Part shown: positions 36,574 to 50,105 of the stretch, piece by piece
Layout of the letters: every line of letters begins with the position of its first letter
Numbering within the stretch: position 1 is the stretch's first letter
Assembly (NCBI GenBank): GCA_964270895.1
Contig: OZ185443.1
DNA: 64,000 bases
Strand: one strand, 5' to 3'
Origin: Podarcis filfolensis
Taxonomy: Eukaryota
Made by a program: the position numbers and the translations under genes
Notes under the pieces: model-generated
What the model was told of the DNA's origin: nothing
The model's input: the letters and a program-made list of their open reading frames with translations, nothing else
Database searches by the model: none

Positions 36574-39136
36574 ATTTTCCAGAGAATAACATATCACTTG
36601 TCTCCCTCCCCATTCTTTATTGCCCCACTTTTCTAAACAAACAAAAATGGGCCAGTGGGGGGGGGGAATCCAGGGGTCAACCCCACCCTCTGGGCCACCC
36701 ACAACAACATCCCTTCCTCTTCCTTAAGACAGGTGGTGGTATAGCTTCGAGTTGCAAAGGATGGATGGTATAACTGAAAAAAGGTTTGTTCCCTGTAGCC
36801 ACAAGCTTGCGGCCAGCACTGATGGCTACATTGCTCAAAGAATAGCCAGGTTGCAAAGGTTTGTGAGCGCTAAGCAGGACACTAAAAGAAAATCAGATTC
36901 AGTTACATTTTCAACATTGGAAAAAAGCAGAACTCTAAAACGCATTCTGAAAAGTTAATTAGAGGCCTTATTTGTTCCACATGCTTGTTAGGTTGTTATT
37001 GAAACAGATTTTCTTTTATTTGAACATTTGGGTAAGTATAATTGACTTTAAAAGCAGTCCTGCTGAGCTGCATTTGCATAGCCTAATTAGTTTAACATGT
37101 TCAATTTTAGCTAATACATTTTTCAAATACATCCTTGAAAGGGGTGGGTGGAGAGACAAATCTAGAAAAATCTAACATCTGTGGCTTTAAGGTCACCAAA
37201 AAAGAGAGGGGAGGATAAGAAGTATTTGTGCATGCTGACTAAGGAGAAAAAATGCAGTTTCAGGGTGTGGTAAAGAATGCATACTTGGTTCCTTCAGTGC
37301 AATGGAGAGAGTCAATCAATGTTCAAGGAATTAGGCAGCTTTAGGGTCAGATTGTAAAAATCCATAACCCGAATAATTTGAATGGGAGGGTGAGATGCAA
37401 AAAACAAAAAGTTCGAAAAAGTCAATAGCACTACATGAATTCATTAGAACAAACATGGCGGGGGGCCGGGCAGGATATGTGATGGAAAAAAAGAGGCACA
37501 AACTTCTAGGAAAAACAAAGAAAAGTGTGAATATAATTTGTGGCTGAACCAAATTTCCCCTTTGGGGAAATTTTTTTTTGGGGGGGGATAATGGCTTCTA
37601 TCCAACTAAGCTCTACTCAGAGTAGACCCACTGAAAGGAATAAACCAATGTAAATAATGTCCTTTAATTTCATTGAGTCTACTCTGGTGTGTCTAACACT
37701 GGCTATAACTCAATTGCTGTAACTAAAGTAGAAATACAATACATCCCACAATATTGGGGAGAACTGTAGCCAGATGACTTGCAGATCTGCTTAGTTTGCT
37801 GTCCAGATATTAAGTGTTGGTTGGCAGCTTCAAGGTCCCTCCTGTCCCCTAAGAAAATCAGAATTGAAATGGGTGCCCTTTAAACCCAGGGCCCCTTCAA
37901 ATGGAGAGCTGTCCTTTGTAATGAAACAGAAAAGTAAGATTAGCACTCATGCTGAGGATAACATGCTTCTAGACACTGAGATACACAGAACAGGACCCAG
38001 AAAGCTGCCTTCTACAGAGTTGTGGACACTGACAGGGAGTATCTCTCCAGGGTCTTGGACAAATAATATTTCCAATCTTATCTGAAGAGGCCAGGTTTGA
38101 AGATGCCAAGATATGAAGCATTCAAATCGCTCTGCCACTGCAGTACAGTCCTTCTCCATTTCCTGAACTAGCTTTTGTGCAATATACAAGCAAAAAGCAT
38201 CCATATTTGGAACACCATTTCTCTGAGCTACTACTCTGAGCATGTGGACCTTTTCAGAGGCAACCAATATATATGGATAAACATTTAAAATGGACTACAT
38301 GGAGTGTCGTGGTGCCCACCAAAATAGACCCTAAGTAGGATGGGCGCAAGAGCTGACATTTCCGTAAAAAAGAATTGGCCAGCTGTTGAGTGTGGATTAC
38401 TCAAGAATAAGCACCAATAAGCAGCGTTAAAGTGGAGAATTCACTGTAGACCTATAAATAATCACACAAAAGCATGTGGAGTCTCCACAAGGCCCTCTGT
38501 TATTTACTTAGGGGGTCATCATGCTGGAAAAGGGAAAGGGCTTTTGCTTAAAAGCAAACAGGAAAACAAACAAACAAACCCACCAATTCATGGGGCTGTC
38601 AAATAAAATGAAATGGAATGTGAAAGTGCAAAAGTCCTTCAGCATTATAATATGGAGACAGTCTTCTAAAGCACCATCACAACCTCACCAGGGATTTTGA
38701 CACCTCCACTTGACTGAAGTTTTAATCACATCTGAATGTCGTTAAACACACACACACACACAACTACTGATCAGGCAATATCAGAATCAGATTTATTCAT
38801 TCATTTTCAATATTTATATCCCACTCAATAAGAAAAGTTCTCTGGGCAGGTTGTAAATGATTTAGATCAGTTTCTAGCATTTCTTCAGTGTTGTGGGAGA
38901 TGCTGAACCACTCTGGTAATGTAAAAACTGGAAGCCATTTAGGAGGAATTGATGATGTCAAACTTCCCATTCCATCACTAGCTTTTAAGGCTTCCTACAT
39001 TACCAGGGCAGGTGGGAAGGAGCCAAGCCTTATCAACTTTCGAACAATGCTTTATAAGCCTTCCATTGTTGTAGAATTCAGCAGCCAGAATTCAGCAGCT
39101 CACCAGGCAAGACAGTTTGAGCAAATAATCCTGAGC

Positions 39137-39556
39137 TGACTGCATTGACTGCCAGTTAGTTTCTGGGCCCAATTCAAAGTGTTAGTTTTGACCTATAAAT
39201 CCTTAAATGGCTCAGGACCCCCAGTACCTCAAGGACTACCTCTCCCCATATGAATCCATCCAGACCCTGCAGTCATCATCTGAGGTTCAGAGAAGAACAA
39301 CACAAGAACGGGCCTTTTCTGTAGTGGCTCCCCATTTGTGGAATGCTGTCTCCAGGGAGGTTTGCCTGACACCTTCATTACATAGCTTTAAGCACCAGGC
39401 AAAAGCTTTCCTCTGTAACCAGATATTTGGCCTTTAACTATCTTTGGCTTTGTAGAAGTGGGTGGGATGTTGTTTATTTGTTTGTAGTCACTTTGGGTCA
39501 CCCTGAGCAAGACAAAGTAACCAACAAATCTAATAATAATAATAAATAATAATAAT
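39137..39556 (+). mobile_element. L2 LINE 3' fragment with (AAT)n tail
   Basis: cattgactgccagtt...aattcaaagtgttagttttgacctataaatccttaaatggc; QERAFSVVAPHLWN motif. Confidence 0.82.
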
Positions 39557-42039
39557 ATGTCCCTTTCTCTAGGTTCTCTAGTGAAAGGAGTCTGAAGGCT
39601 GGTTAAACGTTTTCTTCCCAGGTTTCAAAAGGTGCTAGTCCAACTGATACTTCTGTGATTATGCATTTTAATGCTTTGCATTTGAAAGGCAAGATACCCA
39701 AAAACTTACTCTGAATACTCGGTGTACACTAAAACCATCACCTAAAGTTTAAGTGATTCATTGAGAACCTTATGTTAGATGGAGTTGTTATGCAACTGTT
39801 GTTCATTTAACTATCACCCAGCCTAAGCTGAAAACTTTCGAGATGCAAATTAGGCTCTGAAGCTTTTCCTCATCATTGATCACTCCAGGTGGGAGGGAAT
39901 GGTAGTAAACAGAGCAGCAGTGTCCCAAAATTAAATTATCATCTCTTAAGGGAAGCTCTCTGAAGATCCTGCATGTGTATTTACATATATATGCACACCA
40001 TCTCTTTGCAAACACATTATAGTGGTCTCCCTGCTGTCCATGTAACCACTGCAGGGTCACTCTGCTATAAGAGGTTAGAGAACAGCAAACCAGAGATTTC
40101 TATCTACTTCCCAACATCTGTATATGAAACATGCACAAACCCCTCTATTTGAAACGATAGCACAGCAAATGCAGTTACTAAGATTGAAATCTGGTCATTT
40201 TTTTTATATGCAAGAGTCTTCAGATGAAACAAAAGGCAATTCCAAATAAATACTGTGATTTCTCTAACGTTTGAAAGATGGCCCCTTCTAAGGATTTATA
40301 TAAAAAAAGAAAAAATACATGGATTAAAAACATTTCACTAAGTCATTTTCTGCACTTGATGCCAAATTCATAGTATCAGAAGATTACCCTTTTTTATTTT
40401 GCAAATTAGGAAGGAATTTTGTAAATTGATGTAAGGTAAAAGAACCAGACTTTTAAATAATGCAGTGAATTATTATGTATTCACCTGTGCCAGTGATGTG
40501 TGTTTTGCTTTATCTCCATGCTAATGATTAAATGGCATGTAAATACCTTAAATCAAATAAGTAAACAAATAAATAAACATATTGGATTTCATTTTGCCAA
40601 TCTCTTTGGTCTCTTTTTAAAGCAACATAAGACTGCGATCTCATATTCCTTTACCTGGGAGTAAACCCTATTGGACTTGCATAATAGTTCACCTGTATGG
40701 GATTACACTGCAATTGCTTTAGATTTGGGACAGACATAAAGTGAGCAACAGCAGACATTTCCAGGGCCGTTTCCAAGTGCCAAACAGACTGAGGAGTGCA
40801 ATTCCTAAAATAAAACAGAAGTTTATGTAGATAATTATTCAACACCCAGCCTTGGCCCTGTGAATAAAAAACACTTGGGGCTTAAAATTAATTTGGCCAG
40901 GCACACAGTCCATTTAGTTAAAATAATTACTCATTCAGATTAATTGCACACCTGATTCTAAAATAAACCTCACAGCTTAAAACATTATGCAAAGGCTAGG
41001 ATGTTAAGACACTGCTGGTAAGTACAATCAGAAAGATACAATTATTTGTTCACCATAGACTTGATAGGAATGCTTATAGGAACTATGCCTGGCCTCCAGG
41101 GGGTTTGGAAATCAGATGCCATTCATTGCGGGAGAGAGAAACTCTACACCTAGTCTGGCAATCAGTGAAATAAAAGGCTGGAGCTGGAGGGATGGGCGGG
41201 AAGGAGATACACAGAAGTATGGCATTCCAAGAGTATGGCAGGATTTCAAATCTTCACTTGATCCCGAGATTTCTCTTGAAAAAGGTTGTGTGCTTGATGA
41301 TGCCCTCGTGTACCCCTATACATTACCCTCCGCATGGGAAGGGAAAACTCAGTACAGACACCCCATTTCCCAATCCCACAGATTCTTAATTTTCATATTT
41401 ATTCCTCTTCTGGACATCTGGGCTGGGATGGCTCTGGTGTTGTTGTTTTTTGGCACAGTGAATTAACTGTGCACTGTCCCCTCAAGGGCACTTAACAGTC
41501 TTGCTGGTGAGTTCTACATGACCTTGTTTGATAGCCCTGACAGTTACCAGCACATGTGTGGAAACTAAATCTAGTAGTTGAGGTTCATCAAACAAGCTTG
41601 GGAAGGAATAGTTTATACGAATTGATTAAGCTCTATCTTTAACTTAGAATGTCCCATTTGAGGGGAGGTCTTCTTGTTGTTACTATTTTATGTATTTTTG
41701 TGTTTTGTATTGTAAACCGCTCTGTGCTCCTCAAATGATGGGTGGTAAAGAAATTTAATAAATAATAATAGAAATAATAATGGGCAAACCTTGAAGAGGA
41801 ACCGTAAGTCAGAGCAGTCAATCCTACTGAGCTAGATGGACCAATGACCTGACTCAGGTCTGTGTGTTCAGTGCATTTACCTTTGATTTCACCAATCTCT
41901 CCAATGACATGCTTCAAATGATATATGCACATTCAACCAAACTACTTTATAAAATGAGATTGGTTCGTGTCTGGTGCAAAGCATAGCAGCCATGATGGCT
42001 ATACTTTGCCTCCACAGTCAGGGGCAATATCACTTCTGA

Positions 42040-42157
42040 ATATCAGTTGTTGGTAACTGTAGGAGCTTGGATCCCGTTTGTAGGTTTCCTGCAATGTGAG
42101 AAAAGGGTGTTGGACTAGATGGAACATGGCATTGGTCCAGAAGGAGCTTATGTTCTC
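42040..42157 (+). mobile_element. CR1-type 3' tail, degenerate
   Basis: ttggactagatgg...ggtccag...cttatgttct; same family as 540-665 in opposite orientation. Confidence 0.5.
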
Positions 42158-43052
42158 TCATTTAAAAAGAAAGAAAACACAGAATAGGGGACACTGAGCA
42201 AGAATGCCTGAAGATCTGAAGACAATAAGTTAAGCAGAAATCAATATTCAGGGAGGTTACTCTCCCCACCCACACCCAACTAGAGAGCATATAAAGATGT
42301 CTCCCCCAATGAAGCTTGAGGTGGTATAGTTTTACTGCTTGATTCTGCTGATTGTATAAGTTGTTCTTTATCAGGTATAGATAACAGCTCAGTACTGAAG
42401 TCAATCTCATTACCATCACAGAAGGTCAAGGAAGTACAGGATCTTATAGTTGATGAAGTGGTGGTCTGTGTACATGAGCCTAACATTGATCTTTTATCTC
42501 ATCAATAACCCTTATAGATACCGAATCTGTAAGTATTTTGAATAATAACTACATCATGATCATAACTATCAGTGTTTGTCCTTCATTCTTTTAAAACACT
42601 TTAATATGCTACCCATTATCTTGCTGGGGGATGTAAGTCACACAAACCCAGATGACCTAATATTATAGCCTGCAAACCACAGAGATGGTAATGTGCTAAT
42701 TCCAATAATCGAGGCCAAGATGAACTCCTTGGTCATGGCATAACTCCCATCAAAAGCCAACCCAGGTTTTCTCAAATTGCCAGTGACCAATTCTAGGAAA
42801 GAAAATTGTAATTTTGTGTGTGTGTTTTTTTACTTTGTCAACACCAACTACTTTTCATGAGTTCTGATCCTGATATGCACATTAGGATGGGGTTCAGTCT
42901 GTACCACATGTCATGTTCTGTCACTATGTTCCACTTCTTGGTTGTTTCCAAAAATGTTATTTAAATCACTACAGGATATTGCTGCAAGAGGTGGGGACTT
43001 CAATATTATGTACAATATTCTCCCATTCATCTTTGCAACATCCCTGTTAGGT

Positions 43053-43462
43053 GTTGTCGTTTAGTCGGGTCTGACTCTTCGTGATCCCATGGACCAGAGC
43101 ATGCCAGGCACTCCTGTCTTCCACTGCCTCCCACAGTTTGGTCAAACTCATGTTAGTAGCTTCAAGAACACTGTCCAGCCATCTCATCCTCTGTCGTCCC
43201 CTTCTCCTTGTGCCCTCCATCTTTCCCAACATCAGGGTCTTTTCCAGGGAGTCTTCTCTTCTCATGAGGTGGCCAAAGTATTGGAGCCTCAGCTTCACAA
43301 TCTGTCCTTCCAGTGAGCACTCAGGGCTGATTTCCTTAAGAATGGATACGTTTGATCTTCTTGCAGTCCATGGGACTCTCAAGAGTCTCCTCCAGCACCA
43401 TAATTCAAAAGCATCAATTCTTTGGCGATCAGCCTTCTTTATGGTCCAGCTCTCACTTCCAT
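43053..43462 (-). mobile_element. RTE-BovB LINE, 5'-truncated 3' fragment
   Basis: MYGSESWTIKKADRQRIDAFELWCWRRLLRVPWTARRS... uninterrupted BovB ORF2 C-terminus; 15-bp TSD acatccctgttaggt at 43038-43052 and 43463-43477. Confidence 0.96.
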
Positions 43463-44440
43463 ACATCCCTGTTAGGTAGTCCAGGCTAAATTAATCAGCA
43501 GTTCTTGCCAACATATTGCAAGGGAAATGCAGGAGCCCCAATGCACATATAGTATACCGGACCCAGGAAATCCTGCATCCCTGCAGACCTGTTACTCCGA
43601 AGCAAAGCTTTTCCAGCTGACCAAATGATCGATGCTGTCAACTCATGTTCGGGAAAGTTGGGGGAAGGGAGTGTCTGGGTTCAGCCCCACCAAAATGTGA
43701 TTGAGGCACCCCCTTCCCAAACACAGACATCAAAGAGAAGAGAAGCCCTGTTCCCATGCACAGATCGCCTTGGGTGGATCAGAAAGCCTGCCTTCAGATT
43801 TGATAATGTGCATGTAACATCTCAGGGACAGAGTTAACCATGTGGCTTACATGCAGCCCTCTGCGTAGAGCCCCAAAGACAAATCTCACATATCGAGCAA
43901 ATCTCTGGTTTATAATTCAGTTGAACAAAAATAAATTACAACTTTATTCTAGCATTAAAGCTGCCAACTTATTTGGGACTTAACCCTTTCTACAATCAGC
44001 CCCCATGAAATTGCTGTCTCCCTATTACCTTGCTCAAAGCATTTGTCTCTCTATTACTCATAATTATTCCAGCATGCCCCTTCCATGCCCTTTTATTTCC
44101 ACTAAGTCAGCTATAATTACTAAGCAGTTCTTGTATTAGACATCACTGTATCACAAAGAGCAATAGACTATCATCGGGCTGTATCGTTAATCTTACCCAT
44201 AATGACAAAACTTATAATAAATATTCTAACATCAAATCCATTTTACAGCTCATTTTACAGCTCCGGGGTTAGTTGTAACACTGACAGCTCCTGTGAGATG
44301 AGATTAATATATCTTTAACGAAATATGTAAAACACTTGTTCCACTAAGTTTTACAAGTGATTTGAATAGCACATGCTACTTCAGCCAGTGTTTTGCCTAA
44401 GCTGTGGTCTATATCACATTCATAACATTATAATTAACTC

Positions 44441-44496
44441 TTCAAATTGATAAATTATTTTTAAATAATTCAAATTGATAAATTATTTTTAAATAA
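44441..44496. repeat. Exact 28-bp tandem duplication
   Basis: ttcaaattgataaattatttttaaataa x2. Confidence 0.95.
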
Positions 44497-44954
44497 ATAA
44501 GCAGCTAGATCAACAGATAAATAAATGAAAAGTGGCTCACGCAGGCTGTTGGCAGATTTAAAAAGTCATTATGCAGGTTTGAGTTTTAATTCTTCCTAAA
44601 TCTGATCTACAAATGAGAAGAATCCTTATTGATTTCCCGACAACTTAATTGCCTGTTGTGTTTAAAATTATTTCTTTTTCCTTATTAGCCAGGGAGAGAG
44701 GGAAACAAAGTACCATCATTAAGGAACCTGGTGAGAAAACACTAAAAGGGCATTGCCCTTTTATTTATGTGTACCTTGTTGTGTTCTGAAGGCTCGGAGC
44801 ATATGACACATCGCATATGAAACCTATGTAGGTATTTTTAGTAACTGCCTACCTCCATATAGCTTGCCATTAAAAGCCAGCTGAAGATCTGACATTCTTG
44901 CTGAAGAATGTTGGACCTGGCCAGGACAGTTTTATCAGTATGGGCTGGTATGCT

Positions 44955-45460
44955 AACTGTAGCCCTTTTTGGAGATGGCAGACTTAGTCACAGCAATGCA
45001 GGCTCTGGTGATGTGGGCCAGACTAGACTACTGCAATGCATTCTACATGGGGCTGCCTTTAAAGACAGTCCAGAAACTTCACCTGGTTCAAAATGCAACC
45101 ACCAGTGTCCTGAAGGTTTCAATAACTTCTCTTTTAAACCACCTTCACTGGCTTCCACTGCATTTCCAGGCCAAATCTGAAGTGCTGATTTGAACCTTGA
45201 AAGTTTTAAGTGGGTTTATACCTGTACTAATACTACCCCACCAGCACACTGAGATCTCAATCAGAGGACCTCTTGTTGTGTCCACTTCCTTGGTCTATGA
45301 ACTGGGCATCCACAAGAGAGAGAGAAAGAGAGACTGTACTGTGCTGGCTCCACATTTTTGGAACTCCCTTCCAGTAATATTGCAATGTCCAGCCACACTT
45401 CTGGCTTTTTAGAAGGTGTTAAAGACTCACCTGTTTCAAGTGGCCTTCCTGGAGTAATTT
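44955..45460 (+). mobile_element. L2 LINE ORF2 C-terminal fragment, degenerate
   Basis: RLDYCNAFYMGLPLKTVQKLHLVQNA...LHWLP is the L2 post-RT motif; frame breaks follow. Confidence 0.88.
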
Positions 45461-47080
45461 TTTTGCCCCTGTTTGCCAGATAGAAGGTGCAATCATATTA
45501 ATTCTGAGCTTGTCTTTAACTTTGTGAATCTGTTTTATTATCAGCGTTAGTAATAGCATACCTGCTAAGTGCCCCGGAAAAAATTGGGACATCCCGTTTG
45601 TTCACGTGAGATTGTGGCAGCCATTTTGGATGCCACGAGCTCTCTTGCTGTGCTCTCTCGCTGCTCTCCCACCCTGAAAAAAGAGCCGTCCAAACATAAA
45701 AAACAAAGAAACAGGCAAAGGGACAGAGAAACCACCTTCCAAAATATATAGTGGATTTAAAAAACAACAACAAACCTTTGGAATGCAGCCATATTAGAGT
45801 TAGCTCTGAATAGGTAAGACTCTGAGATATTTATATTTAGCTTATTACTACTGAAAAAGGCTGGAGCTTTTACAGGAAGGAGGAACTAAACAAACAAACT
45901 TGCAGCAGAAAAGTGATGCTCTTTAGCTATCAATAAGATGGAAGAAACACTTTTCTTATGCATTTTTTATTTCTATTCAATAGGGGAACATTTGTTAAAT
46001 CACATCTCTTGCCTACTGTAATTAGAAGACATGCAGTCTCAAACTGCTTTGGGAATATAATCAATAGGAGTTTTCACATTGACTTCAGCTAATTAGGATT
46101 TTACACTAAATCTGCAATTCTAGTCAATCATGTAAAATACATGTGTTTTGAATACATCCGGAATCTGACTTTTATAGAAATGCTAATGGTTTGTGTCATC
46201 AGTTGACAAGCTATCCTCACAACAGTATATTTCTGTTTGTTGTATTTATTTATTTTGGAACATTTATAAATTGCTTAATAAAAAAAACCCTTCAAGCAAT
46301 TTAATAAAACTGTAAATAAAACACAGCTGAAATTCACAAAAACCTAACAAACATTTATATGTGAAATAATTATCCTGATAGCACAAATAAAATCAGCAAA
46401 ACTTATAAAATGAATATGGTTAACTAAATTGTGTCTAATTAGGCTTGCTGAAATAAAAAGGTTTTCAGTGGCTGTCTAAAACAATAGTCTAACATTTAGA
46501 AATTTCTAAATGTTCACAGTTGCATATTGTTTCCTTAATTTTGTTATCTTGACAATGACTACCCTGGTTTGCTTTAGAGAGCAGCACATTACCTTTCTGT
46601 TTAAGTGTCACATTTTAATTTCCAAAAATTGGTTGATTCTTCAGCGTGTGTGTGTGTGTGCGTGTGTGTGTGTAAAGAATACTCTGGAATGTCCACATTG
46701 AAGGTCCACTGGTTAACCAGGTCACAGTTTAAACCCAATGGTTTGGCACTGTACGATTATCCCCCTACTTGGCTAATGCATTTGTAATGTATAAATTCAG
46801 AAAGAGTGACATGTTGCCTGTTCTTTCAAAGTCTCCATTTTGACTCCAAGAATCAGAGCAGTCAACATGTTCCATTACAAAGGGAGAGGGCACAAAGGTG
46901 TACTGTAGGAGATCAGAAAGAATCACAGGATCCAAGCTGAGAAGCTCTAAGGGGATAAGAAAAAGACATGTAACCTTGTGGTAAGTTCAGATGAACTCAG
47001 CAATGCTTACTTGTAAGTATCAATGTGTAGGATTGTGCTGTTAAATGCATTATTCTTTGTGAGAAACTGGGTAGAATGAT

Positions 47081-47621
47081 ACGTTCTATTTTGCCTTGGT
47101 CAGACCACACCTGGACTACGGTGTCCAGTTCTGGATGCCACAGTGTAAGAAGAAGAAGGACAGGCTGGAATGTGGAACAGAGGATGGGCAACCAAGATGA
47201 TAAAGGGTCTGGAAACAAGGGCTTATGAGGAATGGTTGAGGGAGCTGGTATGTTTACACCGGTAAAGAAGATACTGAGAGGAGATATGATAGCCATCTTC
47301 AAATATCTGACAGGTTGTCACATAGAAGGTGGAGCTAGCTTATTTTCTCCTGCTCCAGATGGTAGGACCTGAATAAATGGATTCAAGTTATAAGAAAGGA
47401 GATTCTGATTAAACATCAGGGAGAACTTTCTGGTGGTAAGAGCTATTTGATAGTGGAATGGACTCTCTTGGAAGGTGGTGGACTCACCTTCACTGGAGGT
47501 TTTTAGCAGAGTTTGGATGGCCATCTATCATGGATGCCTTAGTTGAGATTCCTGCATTGTGGGGGGTTGAACTAGATGACCCTCAGGGTCCCTTCCAACT
47601 AAAATTCTATGATGCTACGAT
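47081..47621 (+). mobile_element. CR1 LINE 3' fragment
   Basis: gccttggtcagaccacacctgga-tac-gtgtccagttctgg (LVRPHLEYCVQFW motif), degraded ORF2 end, tail cccttccaactaaaattctatgat. Confidence 0.92.
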
Positions 47622-47791
47622 CCCTGTACACTTTTTCTAATATCTTTGAAAATGGCCCAGAAACTGCCGTTAATCAAAAATAACATTTTTCTAGATTCTT
47701 ATCAGCCATGCTTAGAATATTGGAGAATCTTCCTCAAACAGGATACAATGCACAGTTACTATCTAGAGTCCAGCCTCATTTTTTTTTCATA

Positions 47792-48006
47792 CAGTGGTAC
47801 CTCGGGTTAAGAACTTAATTCGTTCTGGAGGTCCGTTCTTAACCTGAAACTGTTCTTAACCTGAGGTACCACTTTAGCTAATGGGGCCTCCCGCTGCCAC
47901 CACACAATTTCTGTTCTCATGCTGAAGCAAAGTTCTTAACCCGAGGTACTATTTCTGGGTTAGCGGAGTCTGTAACCTGAAGTGTCTGTAACCCGAGGTA
48001 CCACTG
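47792..48006 (+). mobile_element. Tigger/pogo-like MITE, copy 4 (215 bp)
   Basis: TIR cagtggtacctcgggtta / taacccgaggtaccactg; TA TSD. Confidence 0.93.
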
Positions 48007-48765
48007 TATTTGACTTTTCAGCCTGACACAAAAATCCTCTTACCCAGATTTGAGCACGTGTACATAAAAAAATCACCAGAAGCTAAAACCTCCACTCCAA
48101 TCTGATATTTTGCTCAGATTGGCAGCAAAAACATACAATTTAATTTCTGACATTGAGATATTTGCATTTCTATAATCACATAAATCCAAAATCTGAAAAA
48201 ATTGCATGCACCTAAAATAATGTCAGCTTTAGAAAGCATGTTTTTTCATACCTTAAAACTTCAGCAACATTCTGTGGACGTATCATATTGCTTCATCTTT
48301 GTAGAAAATAATTTCATAATTATATAGGTAGGCTGTCTTTAAAATGCAACCCAAACTATCACTTACTTGAAAAACTATTGCTAACAAGCAAATTAGCTAC
48401 AGAACTGAATGACAGCAGATCAATACTGACAGTAAAACTACAGAGATCTTGCTGATCGCATATTGTCTGTAAATGCAAACTGTAAAAGAGGCCCCCACAG
48501 ACCTCACAACAATAACCTAAAGAAGAATGAGACACAAAGGGTTTTGAGCTTAAAGATGCTTCAATTTCCCTAGACAGTTAGCCCTTGTCACATCAAACCA
48601 CCTATTAGTCACAAACTCGTACAACTAAGAATTTTCAGGCCTCTTGAGGTCTCCTGTCATCTTGAAAGAAGCAATACCAATGAAAGACACTGGCTCCTCT
48701 TGTAACATGTTCAGTTTATTGTTTTTCAATGGCTCAAGCAATTTATGATGTCGTGCTGGACTCAC

Positions 48766-48831
48766 CATGACAGATAAATAAGTTTGGATGGCCTTTCCCC
48801 AGGAATGGATTAATGCGTCCATTGCTGATTT
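48766..48831 (-). other. Candidate 66-nt symmetric exon (unverified)
   Basis: Minus strand: ctctgaacattcag acceptor, ATG|gtgagt donor; open as KSAMDALIHSWGKAIQTYLSVM or xISNGRINPFLGKGHPNLFICH. Confidence 0.25.
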
Positions 48832-49984
48832 CTGAATGTTCAGAGTTAATGCAAGCAAAGGAACATGATACACTGAAAAGAGAAATATAGTGGCTAAAGG
48901 ATACAGTTCCTGGTGCATCTTCTTCCAATCTAGTCTGACATCCCTGCCTGCTCACTATAAATGCACTGAAGAGAACTTTGCTAATTAGAGATACAGTACT
49001 CTTCTGACTAGGGATGAATGGATAGGTCTATTTCAACTCCAAATCCATTTTACACATATTCTTTTCTAAATCCATTCTGTCAAAGCTCTGTGTGAAAATT
49101 CACTTGCAAATATGTTTTTATATACAGTATATCACCCACACTAGACTTAAGAATTGGAGGTTGATAATGAATTCCCTTGAATGTCATGATCCCTGGGGTT
49201 AGATTCCCCTTCCTCTGGTCAGAAGAGGAGTTGCATAGGGGGCAAACCCCAGAATCACTTCCACAAGAGTAGACCACAGTGCCAGGGGCCCTCTGGCCTG
49301 AGGATATCTCACTGCCATGCTCTGATTCAGTGGACTTCATCTCAGAAGCCCCAGTACAATGAGAGTCTCCTCTGCTCTGTCAGAGGAAAAGACTCCTGGT
49401 CTGGTCTGGGCCCTAACAAACGAACAGTCACTTTGCAGTCACTAATTGCAAGGAGGAGCTTGCAATTATCAACAAAGTGCTGATCCTAGATAGGGCTCAG
49501 TTTTAGGTTGACTGTTGCTGACTATGAGCCTGTACGTCCCCTCCCAAAGCAGGTCATCCATATAATTCCCAGACACAAAAAGCACCCACCCCACAGCACT
49601 CATTTCTTACTAGGCTTCAGACATAGTCTATTGGCTCCCATCCAGCTCCACCTTTTTTAGGCACCAGTCCAACACCTGCAGACCTCTCTTGATTCAGATG
49701 GAATGGAGAGATAAAGCTGTGTGTCACTGGCTTGCTGATGGCACTATATTCCAGATTCCCAGATGGCCACTCCCAACAGTTTTATATGGATGTCAAATGG
49801 TACAGGAGAACATATGGACTCCTGAAAGACACACAGTCTAAAATCCATGTGGTCCGTTTACAAAAGATGAGGATCTTTCCCTTGAATATTGTGTGGTTTA
49901 AGAACCATGTATTGTCTAGCATCATTCTCAAACAAAATGGATTCCTTTTCAGCTTCCACTATCCCACTATATATTCTATGACAG

Positions 49985-50105
49985 GCTTTGGCAGCCCTCC
50001 AGGTATTTGGGACAACAGCTTCCATCAAACTCCAGCCACTGTAGGCTGGGCCTGACTGGAGTTGTAGTTCAAAACACTTGGAGAGCACCAGACTGGGTGA
50101 GGCTG
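49985..50105. mobile_element. hAT-type palindromic MITE, degenerate
   Basis: gccctccaggtatttggga...ggagttgtagttcaaaacacttggagagc parallels 15051-15185; further remnants near 33430-33500, 34773-34895 and 51664-51735. Confidence 0.6.

Noticed and set aside
37947-38267. DAFCLYIAQKL as a MADF/BESS-associated motif of a Harbinger-derived protein
   Set aside because: Only a short motif resemblance, with no MADF domain or TIRs nearby.
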